This document shows, piece by piece, positions 21,683 through 32,188 of a DNA stretch of 64,000 bases (position 1 is its first letter; the number at the start of each line of letters is the position of its first letter). The position numbers and the translations under genes were made by a program. The notes beneath the pieces were generated by a model. That model made no database searches. It was not told where the DNA came from and saw nothing but the letters and a program-made list of their open reading frames with translations. The stretch is from a virus (Duplodnaviria; Caudoviricetes). The stretch lies in IMG/VR virus record IMGVR_UViG_3300025640_001000. One strand, 5' to 3'.

Positions 21683-24600
21683 ATGGCAGACTTAACACAA
21701 ATCAATGGAAATCAACGAATCGTCATGGGATGGTACGGTTCATGCGATGATGCAGGATGTGAAGATTTCCCACTCAAAACACAAGAAGTGTCGGATGCAA
21801 TTGATAGTGTTTATGAAATTCATACAGATTCAACCCGAGCAGTTGCATTTCATTCTTACATTTATGAAACGATGCCCAATCAAACTCAATCGTTGGAATC
21901 GTTAAAATGTGGTCATTCTTATTACATTGCATTGAAATCTGGAAACGAAACTTTAACAATTGAAGAATTTGTTCTCGCAGATGAAAGCACAACGCAAGAA
22001 CGATATGTAACAACTGATGACCAATGTGGTGATGGAGGTGATGGTGGAGGTGGAGGTGGAGAATGTCCTGAGTGTCCTGATTGCCCATCAGTTGATCCAA
22101 TAATTTTACCTACAACTGGAACAATTGCGTGTTGGAGTAATTTAAATTTTGCGTTAAACGGATCAGATGCAAATTCATTTCCTAAATACAAAGCAACTAC
22201 TGAATTGGGTCATGTTATTGAAATTTATCATGATTCTGATAATAAAAGATGGATAATCAGAGGTCATGCGGTTACACACGGAGCTCCCACATCAACTCCA
22301 ATTGGATTAGCAGCCTTTTCAAAACCTTCACCCTGTGCATTTTTTCCGTGGCAAGTAGATTGGGATGTAGATAAAAATTCCGAAGACGCATCTGCTTGGT
22401 TACAATCAATAAAAACAGAGTATCAATATTCAAATATATGGTGGGCAATGTCTACTGATTTTCCGCAGGGAGGTGATGTAACTACAATCACAAACTGCAC
22501 ACCACTTACGGCAGAATGTCCTCCTTGTGTTAAAGATGCAACTATTGCTTTTAGTGCGAATCCTACCATAAGAAATCAAGATTCAGTTCCGTTAGGTTTT
22601 ACATTTTCAGTTGATACATCAAGTTTAGCAAGTGAGTGTTCTTCAAACGAATGGAAATATTCTTTGTCTATAAAAGATGGAGAAACTTTAAAAACATCAC
22701 AACAAATTTCAACTGATACAACTTTGATAAATGATTTGGTACCGGGTGGTGGAACTTACATAATAAAAATATGGGGTGTAACTGAGTCCGGAACATTAAT
22801 TACACCTGAACCTCATGTAGAAGCAGAATTGATAATGCCTTGGCCAGCAGCCAATTATGAAGTACAAGATGATATTGATATTACTTACTTGGAATTTGAA
22901 GGACCCAACGATGATTCAGTTACTTTGTCGGATCCAGAAGGATGGGTTGCATCTGCGACAATTAAAAAATCAAGTACAATAACAAACGCAGAAAAATGGA
23001 AATATAGTTTAGACAATTCAACTTGGAATGAATTGACTGCATTAACAGAGACTACTATTTCAACAACTGCAACTTTGTATTTCCGTTTAAAAGTCGGACA
23101 TCTCGGTGGAAATGACGATACAGATTTAACTACCTTGAATAAATCTTACAATTCAGAAGTTACAATTGCTTACACAGAAAATAACGGAACACCACGTGAA
23201 TTATCGTTGCCATTAAAAGGTAAAGTTTTAAATAGAATCATCGGAATAACTTCTTGGGTGAACAACAATAATACAGATTTTAAAGCAACTTTAACAATCA
23301 GCAAAAATCAGTTGACTCGTTGGCAATATCAGTTGGAAAAACTAAACGATGACGAAGCATCATATGGTACTCCTAAAATTTTGACTGCATATGGAGCAAT
23401 TCAATCTGATACTTCAGAGGTAATTGATCTTCAAACTTACATAGAATCATCAACTGCTGATATGGGTCCTGGATACTACAAAATAAGTGTAAGGGGTGTT
23501 CATAATACAGATAATAATATTGTAGTAACTCCGGAAATATCAGTACACGACTTTTTTAATTATCCTGATGTAATATTTGATATAAACGATATTTCATGGC
23601 CAAACTCTAATAGTGAACCAGTGCAGCTGCAGGTTGAATATCGTGAATATGAAGGTCCTACTGAAATGGCACAATTCAAAATCACAAATGACAAGTATTT
23701 TGATCATTGGACATTTGCGTATAATACCGAGTCTTCATCCTTCCCTCCTTCCGATATAACACCCAACACAGATTACAATTATCAACTTGATGACGAATCT
23801 ATTATATCGTCATTGCCCACAACGCACACAAATATAGCAAAAAAAGCACTAGGTATCCAATTGATTTCAAAAAACGCATCAGATACACCAACCGTTTACG
23901 AGCTCGGTGACATCCAATCCCGGGAAGATCCTCTCAGAAGAGACTACTATGCATGGGTCCACATCCACATATACGGTAAAAACGCAATTTCAACACTTGC
24001 AGAACCTGCGAATCCAGTGTACTACAGTGCCGAGGTGACAACTTGGGTTTTAGAACGTTATATAACATCTTTCTCTCCAGACCAACGAGAATCTCCTTAC
24101 CACAACAAAATTACGTTAGATCTACAGTGTAACTTCAATGAAATTAATCGTGCTCAGATAATATGGACAAAAAATACAACTGAGTTAACCGACACAGGAA
24201 TTACACAACTACCAAATTATAATCATTTTATAACACCTGACTACACAATTGATTTGAATGACGTTCCAAGTAATTATCTTACAGATAACAACGATTTCAA
24301 TATTTCAGTTATTGGTCATTCAACAACAGATACCGATGTCATTCACGAAGCCGGATGGATCGCAGGACAAGTTGCACCTGCACTGGAACACACTTTTACG
24401 GTATCATGGCCAACTACAATATTTACGGTGTCGGAAACAATTTCCGATACTTATATTTGGCAAGGTGTTACTGCAACACCAGCAACAAACGGAACATTAG
24501 CATCAATCACAAAAGGTTGGGTTAAAACAATAACATTAAATAATCCCACAGGAACCGATGTTGGCAATTGGCAATATTCAATAAACAACGGAGAAAATTG

Positions 24601-25540
24601 GAGTAATTTGACAGGTGTGAACGTGGAAGTTCCTGATCATACATCAGAAGGACCAAAACTTAAATTTAGATTAAAGGCAAATCTAGAAGTGAATACATAC
24701 AATGATGTAACAGTTGATTTGGTTGCACATGATGTTCAAAGTGCCAATACGACAAAAACAATCAATTTAAATGGTTCAGTAACAAAACCAACTCCAATTT
24801 TCACAATATCACCTACATCTATTTCAGGTGAATATCGTGAAACAGAAGGACCAAGTGCAGAAAAAACAATTACGATTACAACGAAGTTCTTAAGTTCATT
24901 GAAGTGGAAATCATCCGGAGAAATTTCTTGGGAATATTTTGATACAACTTGGAAAGATTTACCAACGAATTATGTCACGATACTGAATAAACCACTTCAA
25001 GCAGGTCAAACACATTCTACACAAGAATCGTTGACGATTAAAGTTCGTTTAAAAGCAGGACTTGAAGTGCCTAATGCAGATGATATGGATACGCAAATAG
25101 AATCTGCAAATTTCAATAATGTAATCACCTTTGAAGCAATTTCATCACACGATGTTGATGTTACTGCCGGAAAGCAAGTTGCATTAAACGGAACGGTAAC
25201 CGAGTATCCAAATGGTTGTGCTGACTATGATTTGTCGTTCGATACAACAGGTAATAAAGTTGTGTATGAAGGTGATGGGGTAACTATTATTGGTTTTGAG
25301 AACGGAGGCCACATTTGCGTTGATAATTTTGGAGGTGAATTTGGAACTAAGAGTATATCACTTGAAGTGCGTGATTCCTCAAATAATGTGATCACAACAG
25401 GAAGTGTCACTACAAATTGGAGTTGGGGTTCTGGAAATAATGTTGTGTATAAAGCACCGGATCAACAAGCATACCAAGTATTGGGATTTTCATTTAGTCA
25501 GGATGGAAATATAATTTTAACACCAATGGATTTAGGCTAA
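21683..25540 (+). CDS. modular fibre-like protein: WYG module, PWxxDW module, Ig-like stalk paralogous to 12151, C-terminal CC-type module
   Basis: [21 protein letters not shown]; LIMPWP, YLEFEGP, VLNR, FFNYP and [11 protein letters not shown] are all shared with 12151; [15 protein letters not shown]. Confidence 0.75.
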   Translation: MADLTQINGNQRIVMGWYGSCDDAGCEDFPLKTQEVSDAIDSVYEIHTDSTRAVAFHSYIYETMPNQTQSLESLKCGHSYYIALKSGNETLTIEEFVLADESTTQERYVTTDDQCGDGGDGGGGGGECPECPDCPSVDPIILPTTGTIACWSNLNFALNGSDANSFPKYKATTELGHVIEIYHDSDNKRWIIRGHAVTHGAPTSTPIGLAAFSKPSPCAFFPWQVDWDVDKNSEDASAWLQSIKTEYQYSNIWWAMSTDFPQGGDVTTITNCTPLTAECPPCVKDATIAFSANPTIRNQDSVPLGFTFSVDTSSLASECSSNEWKYSLSIKDGETLKTSQQISTDTTLINDLVPGGGTYIIKIWGVTESGTLITPEPHVEAELIMPWPAANYEVQDDIDITYLEFEGPNDDSVTLSDPEGWVASATIKKSSTITNAEKWKYSLDNSTWNELTALTETTISTTATLYFRLKVGHLGGNDDTDLTTLNKSYNSEVTIAYTENNGTPRELSLPLKGKVLNRIIGITSWVNNNNTDFKATLTISKNQLTRWQYQLEKLNDDEASYGTPKILTAYGAIQSDTSEVIDLQTYIESSTADMGPGYYKISVRGVHNTDNNIVVTPEISVHDFFNYPDVIFDINDISWPNSNSEPVQLQVEYREYEGPTEMAQFKITNDKYFDHWTFAYNTESSSFPPSDITPNTDYNYQLDDESIISSLPTTHTNIAKKALGIQLISKNASDTPTVYELGDIQSREDPLRRDYYAWVHIHIYGKNAISTLAEPANPVYYSAEVTTWVLERYITSFSPDQRESPYHNKITLDLQCNFNEINRAQIIWTKNTTELTDTGITQLPNYNHFITPDYTIDLNDVPSNYLTDNNDFNISVIGHSTTDTDVIHEAGWIAGQVAPALEHTFTVSWPTTIFTVSETISDTYIWQGVTATPATNGTLASITKGWVKTITLNNPTGTDVGNWQYSINNGENWSNLTGVNVEVPDHTSEGPKLKFRLKANLEVNTYNDVTVDLVAHDVQSANTTKTINLNGSVTKPTPIFTISPTSISGEYRETEGPSAEKTITITTKFLSSLKWKSSGEISWEYFDTTWKDLPTNYVTILNKPLQAGQTHSTQESLTIKVRLKAGLEVPNADDMDTQIESANFNNVITFEAISSHDVDVTAGKQVALNGTVTEYPNGCADYDLSFDTTGNKVVYEGDGVTIIGFENGGHICVDNFGGEFGTKSISLEVRDSSNNVITTGSVTTNWSWGSGNNVVYKAPDQQAYQVLGFSFSQDGNIILTPMDLG

Positions 25541-25541
25541 G

Positions 25542-27587
25542 ATGGCAACATTAAAACAAAAAATGTTTGTACCAAAAACCTATATAGGTTGGTATGGGGT
25601 ATGTCCTGAGAACGGAGAAAATGCGTGTGAACCATTTAAATTAATAAGTGATACAAACGAACATACAATTTTACCTGGATCACCTACAACAGGTGATATC
25701 GGCACAAGTCAATTAATTGATTTAATAATTTCATATGAAAATGTGGCCGGAAGTGCATACAACGGAAAGGTAAACAAAGGAATTTCGCAAGGAAATCAAG
25801 GAATTAAAGAACTTATATGTGGAAATGCTTATATAATAGTTTTAAAACCTGGAACTGATGCTGAAAATCTTCTTGAATTTACAATTCCGGAATTCGTTAT
25901 TGGTAATATTGAAAGTGACGAAAAAGAATCGGAAGAATATATTCTTACCACAGGATGTGGAACTGGAGGAGTTGACGAAAGAACTCCAACTCCATCACCA
26001 TCAATTACGACAAGTCCAACAGAAACTCCGAGTCCGTCTCCAAGTCCGTCCGCAACCGAAACTCCGAGTCCTTCACCAAGTCCTTCACCGAGTATCACAC
26101 CAAGTCCGACAATTACGACAAGTCCGTCACCAAGTCCAACAATTACTTCAGACTTACTTGAAGAATGTTGTGAAGAAAATATGTTGACACATGGTTTGAG
26201 TGCATCTCAGATAACATCATTCGGTGAACCAACAATAACCGCAACTGGTGTAACACAAAACGCAACAATTTGCGTTGGAACACCAAGTGGTGAACTTCCG
26301 TATACTTTAAAATTAATAATTGATAATCAGATCGTTGCAGTTTTAACAACAACAGGTACATTTGATAAAACCACAATTTATTACAAAACATCTGAAGGTG
26401 AGTGTTTGATTGGAAGTATCGTAGATGATGAATGTGTATTGTCAACCGGATCATCGTTAAATTTTAGTATAGAAGGTTCAGATATTCATGGATTTGAAAT
26501 TAAAGCAATATTAACTAATGATTCATATTTACAAACCGAAGGTACTGATTGGGTTGCAACTACAATGGGAAATGAGTTGGTGATTTCTGTGGAAGATACA
26601 AAATATTTATCAGATAGCATTGCATCTTTACAATTCTTTGAATTAAGCACGATACCTAATGTTTCATACGATAAAAGTAGTTGTACAATTATAGACGAAG
26701 AATTAACTTTTATTTATCCAATTATTTCGGAAAAGTTAAATGGTGGCACTTTATTAAAGTGTATTGCTTCTAATTTATCATCGTTATATTCACAATTTAC
26801 TGATGACAACACATTTAATACTTTTGTTGATACAGAGAACTTTAGTGTTGATAACATAATTAAAAAATCGGAAAATGATGAATTTGCGAAAAACGATCAA
26901 GTCAATGACAAGGTAAGTAAAAAATTGACTGTTCTGTTGGAATCGGTGAAGTTGCAAAAAAATTATTCATCAAGTAAATCCACAAAAATAATTGACACAA
27001 TTACGGACATAAAAAAATCCCAAAAGGCATTTGATGTATCTCAACTCAAACTTATCGAGAACGATAATTTTGCAAATAGTGTAAATTACTTGCTTACGGA
27101 AATTAGCAAAGATAACACATTAGAAGGTGGTGCTTTCATGAGTTCACTCCGGGAACATTTAAATTTACCATTTCAAGCAATTAACAATATGTCAAATAAG
27201 GCAAAAGAAAAATTGCTTGAAAAACTGAAAAATCATTCACACAAAAAAGATGTTTGTGATTTACAACCACCTTCTTGTTGTGAAGATGATATGAGCATGA
27301 ACACTGTTATCAACGACACATCGGTTCAATTAATAGAATTTGAAAATAATGCCAATGTAACGATTTCAGGAATTTCAGATTCAGCAAAAAATTCGGAAAT
27401 CTGTTTTAGTGAACCGGATACAACAGAAAAAAGTCTTCCGTTCTCGGTAATAATCAAGAAAGACAATGCAATTTTAATGGTGCTGACAAGTGTCGGAGAA
27501 TTAACAAGAAATAAAATCTATTACAGAACAAACAATATATGTTATAGTGGCATTATTGATGGAAATAATGAATGTAATTTGCAATAA
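25542..27587 (+). CDS. modular protein: WYG module, PS/PT linker, CC module, helical region, CC module
   Basis: [22 protein letters not shown]; [19 protein letters not shown]; [20 protein letters not shown]. Confidence 0.75.
   Translation: MATLKQKMFVPKTYIGWYGVCPENGENACEPFKLISDTNEHTILPGSPTTGDIGTSQLIDLIISYENVAGSAYNGKVNKGISQGNQGIKELICGNAYIIVLKPGTDAENLLEFTIPEFVIGNIESDEKESEEYILTTGCGTGGVDERTPTPSPSITTSPTETPSPSPSPSATETPSPSPSPSPSITPSPTITTSPSPSPTITSDLLEECCEENMLTHGLSASQITSFGEPTITATGVTQNATICVGTPSGELPYTLKLIIDNQIVAVLTTTGTFDKTTIYYKTSEGECLIGSIVDDECVLSTGSSLNFSIEGSDIHGFEIKAILTNDSYLQTEGTDWVATTMGNELVISVEDTKYLSDSIASLQFFELSTIPNVSYDKSSCTIIDEELTFIYPIISEKLNGGTLLKCIASNLSSLYSQFTDDNTFNTFVDTENFSVDNIIKKSENDEFAKNDQVNDKVSKKLTVLLESVKLQKNYSSSKSTKIIDTITDIKKSQKAFDVSQLKLIENDNFANSVNYLLTEISKDNTLEGGAFMSSLREHLNLPFQAINNMSNKAKEKLLEKLKNHSHKKDVCDLQPPSCCEDDMSMNTVINDTSVQLIEFENNANVTISGISDSAKNSEICFSEPDTTEKSLPFSVIIKKDNAILMVLTSVGELTRNKIYYRTNNICYSGIIDGNNECNLQ
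25983..26146 (+). repeat. Pro/Ser/Thr linker
   Basis: [55 protein letters not shown]. Confidence 0.85.
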
Positions 27588-27591
27588 GTAT

Positions 27592-27600
27592 ATATTTATG
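27592..27600 (+). promoter_or_regulatory. putative late-promoter motif ATATTTATG, followed by SD AGGAG
   Basis: Intergenic before ATG 27629; AGGAG at about 27616-27620. Confidence 0.45.
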
Positions 27601-27628
27601 AATATTGAAGTAATCAGGAGAATTAAAA

Positions 27629-30600
27629 ATGGCAACAATTAATAAGCAATATAGTTTTATATGGTACGGAAAATGTATTGATACAGGTACAACAAATGGA
27701 GGATGCACTTCATTCACTTTAGATAACAGTGGTGAGTCGGCAAAAATAGACACCGTTTGGCAAGTAGATGAGCTCGGTAATGCAAATGCATGGGTAAATG
27801 GTGCTGAAGGAACACAATCATTTTCAACACTTGAATGTGGTCATGCTTATTATATTAAATTGAAAGGTCCAGCATACGATTGTGATATTCCTCATGCAGA
27901 ATTGAGTGGATATAGTCAAGAGACGGCAACTGCATTCAGAATAACAGAAGATTGTAACGCAGGTGGTGGTGGAGGAGGAACGGTTCTTCAAGCAAGTATT
28001 GCTTTAGGTGCGTGTCAATCCGCAATTACTCTTTCCGCAACACAATTAGATTCAGATGATTCTTATACATCGTGTCAATTACAAAAAACTGGTGCAACAT
28101 TCGTTGCAATTTCCGACACTTTAACAGATAACATTCGTTACAATTTAACAGACGGTGGACTTTTAAGTTACAAAATTGATAATACCGATGATGTGGGTGC
28201 TAGTTTAACTACCGGTGCTATAACTATAACTGCAAATGCAGATGAAGGATATGGATTTGGTAGTCAATCAAATACATTAACTGTTACGATCAACGGTTCA
28301 GTTACTGCTCTTCCGAAACCAGTGATAAATATCACAACCACTGTTTCACCAACTAATACAGTGACATTTATACCAGATTTTAATGATGCAACAAATTGGG
28401 GTGGAACAAATTGGAAATATCGTCTCAAAAATGCAATTGGTCAATCAATTACAAATTACACTACTGTTACTAATTTTCAATCAAATGCAATTGATATTAC
28501 AAATGAGTTTGATCACGCAGGAATTTATACAATAGACGCAGAAATAGTCACGACTGGAGGTGATTCTATTGCTGGATCAACTAAAGTAGAAAATCAATCT
28601 ATTAATATTCCTCGTTTGGCGGCAAATATTTCGGTAGGTAATATTGCTCATGGTAGTATTGATCGTGATACTTTACCAGATACAAAAACTGCTTCGGTAA
28701 CTGCTACCAATATATCAGGAGATTGGAGTATTAAAACTGATGCAAGTAATGCAGCTATTACTGCTACAAAAAATAATAACAATTTACAATCCGTTTTAAA
28801 TACACAAGAACTTGGTGTAATAGATAGTGATAATAAAGTAACGATTTCAGCACAAGGAACAAAGTGGAATCAGGTAGAAACTGCAGGCCTTGGTGGAAGT
28901 GACCTTGTATTAGGTCCTGCAAGCAATGAAGTTACTGCTGAATGTACAATTACTGCTACTGTAACTGATGGTGTAGTATTCACTTCATCAAAATCTTCTG
29001 TAAGTGACAATACACGTGATACGGACGATGCAATTCCATCTCCAACTAAAATCACTATCACCCACGATGATGTAGATAGTTGGGTTGCTTCGTTAAATGG
29101 TACTTCAACAAATTGGAAGTTTAGTACAACGCAAACTGGAACATATAGCACTGATCCAGCAACTTTGTCAAAAAGTGGTTTAGATCATGCACCAGGTACA
29201 TTTGATTTTTGGGTAAAGTATGACACCAATAGTGTTGCGGATGAAACACTCACTTTAACATTATCAGAATCAGCAACTGATGGTCATTCAGACGTAGCAG
29301 ATATTACAATTACTTTAACTGGTGAAGTTACACAAGCAATTGGAACTGCAATTTTCTCAGGATGTAGTTCAATTGATGCAATTTCAATTGAAGTTGGAGA
29401 TACGTCGAACTCCACGAATAATAATAAGACTTGTGATTTAACAACGACTGATTGTAGTGTGGACGATGTGACTGCAACAACATTGGGTATATTTACTTAT
29501 ACGATCACAAATAACAAGGTTAATTACTGGATTACAGATGCATCTAGTGTACAAAGTACGGAAACTGAAACTCTTGACGTCACCGCAAAGGCTGATACGA
29601 ATTTCCTCATTGATGGACAACCTACGAAAATAATTTCAATAACGTTGAGTGGTACGGTAAATGCAAAAACTGCAACTGCTTCAATAACAACCAATCCATC
29701 GGGAGTTGGATCTGTAACTTTTGGTGAAGATTACTCGTCCCAAACCGATACATTTAAAATAACAACAAATGCAAATGCAAATATAACGATCCCTGCCACT
29801 ACTGCTCTACCAATCACCCAAGGTGATTTTGAAATTACCGATATTGCAGAGAGTGGTGGTGTTTATACTTACACATATAAAATAAAAGCAGGTGTTTCCA
29901 CGGGAGCAAAATCTGCAACATATGGGGTGACAGTAAACGCAGATACCAATAGTCAATTTGATGGACTGGCAATCAACGCATCTAAAACAATTAACGTAAC
30001 TTTAAGTGGTACGGTTGAAGCTGCAACGATACCTGAGAATTCAAGCATCGCAAACGGAGCTTGTCCAAAAGATATTTCTCAGGATGCATCAACAACTGCC
30101 ACTCAAACAAGTTGTCAACTTACTCTTGTCAACGCAGTGTGTGTACCAATAACCAATGCTGTTCATGGTGGACTTAAATATTCATTGACTGCACAAGGAT
30201 TGCTTACATACGAAGCAAATGATCCTGAGTCAGTAGGAGAACATTCGCATGAAGTAACAATAACTGCCAATTCAACTGATTCCTCTGCATCATTATTTGC
30301 TGGACAAGCACAGACTGTCACACACAAAGTAACGATGAAAATAACAGTAAATGAAGTGGTTGTTGCCGATGATAAATTGTGGATAGGATTTGCAAAAGAC
30401 GCATCAACATTTTATTCATGGTATGAATTGGAAGCAGTTGAAGAATTAACTACTCAAATTCAATTTGATAATATGGCTACGTTTACTCAGTTCTCTGCTA
30501 TGGCTCCTCCTGCTGAAACACCGGCCGTTGGGGAAAACTTTAATTCAGCAACAATGAATATAATGGGTTCTATATATCCAATAAATACTGCAAATCTTCC

Positions 30601-31168
30601 TGGTGGTGTTGTTATTACTGATTTAAATGGTCTTGAAATAAAAGGAACAGCTGATGCAATGTATGTTGATCTTGTATCAACACTTGATCACACTCAATTT
30701 AAATTCCAAGACGAAGACTTCTATACTTCATTAATGACGGAAATAGGAACTGCCGGCCAGTTGGCATATACAATGATAACTGCGTCACCGACTGAACCAA
30801 ATTCAAGTTCTCTTACCACATCTCAAAAAACAAATTCATACAACAATGATTTTCTGCGATTAAAATGTGGAACAACATGGAACGGAGACCAAGTAGACGG
30901 AACAAAGAAAGCAATTCTAAAAGCAAAGTTCGATTCCTCGGATGACGGATCAGATACTATTGCAACTGCTTCATATACTGCTCAGGTGAGTACAAATGCA
31001 CTATTGACATCGGGTAACTGGAGTGGATGTAATGCTATTTTTGCATCAGGTCAGTTCAACGATTCCAATGGAAACCGTCCACGTATCAAACATTTTTACT
31101 TTGAAACACAAAGTGGAGCAACATTACTTAAGTTCTCCGATAGTGGAACTGCACAACCCCAATGTTAA
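27629..31168 (+). CDS. modular fibre-like protein: WYG module, Thr-rich tandem Ig-like stalk, C-terminal tip shared with 12151
   Basis: FIWYGKC..LECGHAYYIKLKG; repeated beta units ending (I/V)T(L/I)(S/N/T)G(T/S/E)V; tip LWIGF..WYELEAV..LDHTQFK..RLKCGTTWN. Confidence 0.75.
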   Translation: MATINKQYSFIWYGKCIDTGTTNGGCTSFTLDNSGESAKIDTVWQVDELGNANAWVNGAEGTQSFSTLECGHAYYIKLKGPAYDCDIPHAELSGYSQETATAFRITEDCNAGGGGGGTVLQASIALGACQSAITLSATQLDSDDSYTSCQLQKTGATFVAISDTLTDNIRYNLTDGGLLSYKIDNTDDVGASLTTGAITITANADEGYGFGSQSNTLTVTINGSVTALPKPVINITTTVSPTNTVTFIPDFNDATNWGGTNWKYRLKNAIGQSITNYTTVTNFQSNAIDITNEFDHAGIYTIDAEIVTTGGDSIAGSTKVENQSINIPRLAANISVGNIAHGSIDRDTLPDTKTASVTATNISGDWSIKTDASNAAITATKNNNNLQSVLNTQELGVIDSDNKVTISAQGTKWNQVETAGLGGSDLVLGPASNEVTAECTITATVTDGVVFTSSKSSVSDNTRDTDDAIPSPTKITITHDDVDSWVASLNGTSTNWKFSTTQTGTYSTDPATLSKSGLDHAPGTFDFWVKYDTNSVADETLTLTLSESATDGHSDVADITITLTGEVTQAIGTAIFSGCSSIDAISIEVGDTSNSTNNNKTCDLTTTDCSVDDVTATTLGIFTYTITNNKVNYWITDASSVQSTETETLDVTAKADTNFLIDGQPTKIISITLSGTVNAKTATASITTNPSGVGSVTFGEDYSSQTDTFKITTNANANITIPATTALPITQGDFEITDIAESGGVYTYTYKIKAGVSTGAKSATYGVTVNADTNSQFDGLAINASKTINVTLSGTVEAATIPENSSIANGACPKDISQDASTTATQTSCQLTLVNAVCVPITNAVHGGLKYSLTAQGLLTYEANDPESVGEHSHEVTITANSTDSSASLFAGQAQTVTHKVTMKITVNEVVVADDKLWIGFAKDASTFYSWYELEAVEELTTQIQFDNMATFTQFSAMAPPAETPAVGENFNSATMNIMGSIYPINTANLPGGVVITDLNGLEIKGTADAMYVDLVSTLDHTQFKFQDEDFYTSLMTEIGTAGQLAYTMITASPTEPNSSSLTTSQKTNSYNNDFLRLKCGTTWNGDQVDGTKKAILKAKFDSSDDGSDTIATASYTAQVSTNALLTSGNWSGCNAIFASGQFNDSNGNRPRIKHFYFETQSGATLLKFSDSGTAQPQC

Positions 31169-31183
31169 CGGAAGGTTATATAA

Positions 31184-32176
31184 ATGAGTTATTGCGAATG
31201 CCATGATGATTATGTAAATTCAGGAACATTTGATTTATCTAATGTTCGGGTTTATCGTGCGTTTCAAGTTTTTCATGAAGGTGGAAAGCAACCTATGCCT
31301 GGCCAAGACTCATCGACACCTATCATGGACAGATTCACGACATTCTATGCGGATGGCCAAGCAAGTGGTGCTTATCCTGCAATTGGTGCAGCTGTAGTAA
31401 CACTACCAGCAGACCCACCGGAAGAAGGAATTTGTGCAAATTATGACGAAGATGAAGCAGGAGTCTTATCATTGTCCGATTATCGTATTTTTCGTGCATT
31501 TCAAGTGTTCCATGAAGGTGGACGACAACCAATGCCAGGTCAAGACTCATCAACATCCATTATGGATAGATTTCTTGCATTTTACGCGGACGGCCAGGCA
31601 AGTGGTGCATATCCTGCAATCGGAGCAGACGTTAAGCACTTACCTATTCTTGAAGCAGATACTCAAGTAATTACCGATGAAGGTCTTGTTGACAAATGTG
31701 ATACGGGTGCAGTTTGTACTTGCAGTGCAGTTGTAGAAGATACTGTATTAAAAGTTGATTTTGATGCAAGTGAGTTGACAGGTGGAAACGGAGACATAAA
31801 AGGTGTGGAAATCGTATTTGATAATGTTGTATTCGGAGAAAAAACAGGATTATCAGGAGGTAACGCAATCATAAACGACAATTTTAAAGATACTAACGAT
31901 GCAGCTACTTTAGACTTTTATTATGATTATAGCATCCGTTCAACCTCAGTAAACGATATAGAAACAGAACCAAACAAAACAAAATCGGTAATTGGTTTCA
32001 TTGATACAACACAAAACGGAACCGGAGCAACCAAATCTGAATTAAGTTCTTTTCAGTTTTCAGTTCAATCTTCGAGTTTCACACAAACAGGAGACAATCC
32101 TATTATTGCTGATGTAAGAGTTTATGATTCTTCTGCGGAAGTCGTGCAGTATGATATAACAAGGTGTGGAGAATAA
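31184..32176 (+). CDS. small adaptor-like protein: duplicated dockerin-like module plus one cohesin-like domain
   Basis: CHDDYVNSGTFDLSNVRVYRAFQVF / CANYDEDEAGVLSLSDYRIFRAFQVF, with about 50 near-identical residues per repeat. The tail VKHLPILEADTQVITDEGLVDKC is shared with 15590. Cohesin-like GDIKGVEIVFDNVVF..VRVYDS. Confidence 0.7.
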   Translation: MSYCECHDDYVNSGTFDLSNVRVYRAFQVFHEGGKQPMPGQDSSTPIMDRFTTFYADGQASGAYPAIGAAVVTLPADPPEEGICANYDEDEAGVLSLSDYRIFRAFQVFHEGGRQPMPGQDSSTSIMDRFLAFYADGQASGAYPAIGADVKHLPILEADTQVITDEGLVDKCDTGAVCTCSAVVEDTVLKVDFDASELTGGNGDIKGVEIVFDNVVFGEKTGLSGGNAIINDNFKDTNDAATLDFYYDYSIRSTSVNDIETEPNKTKSVIGFIDTTQNGTGATKSELSSFQFSVQSSSFTQTGDNPIIADVRVYDSSAEVVQYDITRCGE

Positions 32177-32188
32177 CATAGGATTGTT

